A stretch of DNA of 64,000 nt from Antedon mediterranea (Eukaryota; Animalia; Echinodermata). The notes under the pieces are model-generated. The model worked only from the letters and a program-made list of their open reading frames with translations. It searched no databases and had not been told where the DNA came from. The translations under genes and the position numbers were made by a program. Below, piece by piece: positions 62,171 through 64,000 of this stretch. The stretch covers positions 27,280,001 through 27,344,000 of the forward strand of contig NC_092674.1 of assembly GCF_964355755.1 (NCBI RefSeq). The letters run 5' to 3'. Positions within the stretch are counted from its first letter, which is position 1. Every line of letters begins with the position of its first letter.

Positions 62171-63503
62171 TTAATAATAGCCTAATGAATATTCATTACT
62201 CAATTTAAATACAGTAGGCCATTGAATATTCATTACTTGATTCAAATTATTAAGTTCTAGCAAAAGTGAGTTTCCTATATACATAAGACATTTCTCAGAA
62301 ACTGTATAAATTAATAATTTTGACAAGCTTATTTCTTAGTTTTGTGTATATTTTGTAATTTTTAATTTGGGATGAGGTTTTCTACAGTCCATCGCCAAAA
62401 TTATTATTTTCTGGCATCTACTGTTTCTTTAAGTCAGATATGCTTTAAATGGAAGGATACAAATCTAAGTAGCAATTTCAAGCGTGGGTCCCCTTGGACG
62501 CAACAAAAGGGCGTAAGCACACCACAAGTAGTTTGACCAATTTGACCAATCATAATGCGATGTAACATCTGAACTGTCGCTATTTAAATTTTACTTTATA
62601 GATTAAGCCTTTAAGCCAAATGTATATTTTAGGACTAAGTTCTTTGTTGGCTTCAACATACCCTTTCTGGTAAACTTTATTTTTCAGTAATTAATCAAAA
62701 TAATTTCATAAAACATACAGTTTTACTGTACTATGGATAAACAATGAAATAAACTTTTGATAAAATATACTCCATATATTTTTACTTGTTTTATTTATTT
62801 TGTTCAATTTTACATTTAATCAGCAAAATTTAAGAACTTGTGCGAAGAAAACATTGTAAAAAAGGGAAATCTTCATTGATAAAATCCAGCTGATTGTGAA
62901 GATGTATATCTAGATGTCTAATGCAATCAATGCAACAAAGAAACATTTCCAAAACCACTTATTTTTTATTACAAATAATAAACAATCAACCCAAACATTT
63001 ATTACTGTAATAAAAACAGGAAAAGTGCACATTTTATATCATTTACAATACTGTACAAGTATATGTATGTTTCAAGCCATGGGTAATCCTATGAAAAATT
63101 ACAGTGATCATATTTTTATGTGTAAGACATTTTGCATTTAATTTAATACTAATTATGTGATGTGAAAATTGACAAACATGGTTCACTGTTGATTTTGCCA
63201 AAAACTTTGATTGTCCAGTGTGCATGTCAAAGGTCACATGGACCACTTCAGTTTCTACGAGCACATGGTTGGTTAAGCATTTTTTCAGCCATGATATTTA
63301 CAGGGTTTGTATCTCTACAAAAGTCTTGGGAGAAAATTATTATGAACTACAGGCTACTTAGGCCATCACTTCCGCTGCTGGTATGGTCTCTATTTTGAAA
63401 AGGACACTTCACACAAAAGGTTCGTTCAAACGTGCCCTGGCTAGGCTTGAATCTTCCAATATCCAATGTTCTCAATCATCTTTTTACATTTTAGTAACTT
63501 TCC

Positions 63504-64000
63504 TCATTCTTGATAACGGAAATAATTGCTTATGATCTTAAAGACTTTCGATTGGTTTGGTCTGGCCAGTGTGAAGTTGGCCGTGAATGATTTATCTTTG
63601 TGTCCATTAAACTTGACATTGCCATATATGGTAACTAAAACGGTAGTCTGCCCTTCAGTGTATGTATCTAGGAGACAAAATATAACAAGATTTCAGTAAT
63701 TACATATACAAATTCTATATTGATTAAGTATTGATATAGATAAGAAAAATATTCTTCCCAACTTTTATTCATGGAAAGAATTTATTTTACAATTCTGAAC
63801 AATAATGTGGATCGGTCCTCGGATTCTTTGCTCTTTCCATGATCTACCAGTCAATTGAATACCATAATAAAACATTTAAACATGTACACACCAATAACTG
63901 GTTGACACACCAAGTTTTCTAACGTTGTTTCACTTGTTGGAAGGTGTTCTAAGAACTCTGTGATTTGCTTTGCACCACGTACGGGATGACCGTTCCACAC
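63504..64000 (-). CDS. NXT1: NTF2-related export protein (NXT1/NXT2 family), last two exons; 5' part lies outside the window
   Basis: Exon 64000-63892 WNGHPVRGAKQITEFLEHLPTS..CQPV and exon 63667-63504 QTTVLVTIYGNVKFNGHKDKSFTANFTL..VFKIISNYFRYQE* match NXT1/p15. Not in the ORF track. Confidence 0.88.

Overview
AT-rich, intron-rich eukaryotic DNA from an invertebrate animal; the proteins are vertebrate-like, so probably a non-vertebrate deuterostome such as an echinoderm (inference). Twelve protein-coding genes are recognisable, in order: the 3' part of a SUSD2/MUC4-like AMOP-VWD-sushi membrane protein (+), a CYP2-clan P450 (-), RARS1 (-), MMAA (+), FIP1L1 (-), MTIF3 (+), GTF3A/TFIIIA (-), XPNPEP3 (+), PPAT (-), an intronless divergent SLC18A (VAChT/VMAT-like) transporter (-), SUGT1 (+) and the 3' end of NXT1/2 (-). 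Introns and spacers carry many non-autonomous mobile elements: Harbinger-like, Kolobok-like, hAT-like and GG..CC/8-bp-TSD MITEs, a tRNA-derived SINE inside a Rex/Babar-type LINE remnant, and Penelope-type repeats. The most interesting observations are: (1) two minimal hammerhead ribozyme motifs; (2) an SLC18A transporter in which the two conserved acidic residues of TM10/TM11 appear to be replaced by lysines; (3) 18-32 bp CATG...CATG palindromes, two with perfect 7-bp target duplications, that resemble P-element excision footprints, including a filled/empty site pair; (4) a TFIIIA with a putative coding His-Cys decapeptide array and a structured island in intron 1; (5) a gene neighbourhood matching the vertebrate ParaHox-flanking paralogon; (6) an orphan promoter-like island at about 7.7-8.5 kb. 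Exon boundaries were read by eye and may be a few bases off. No database searches were run.
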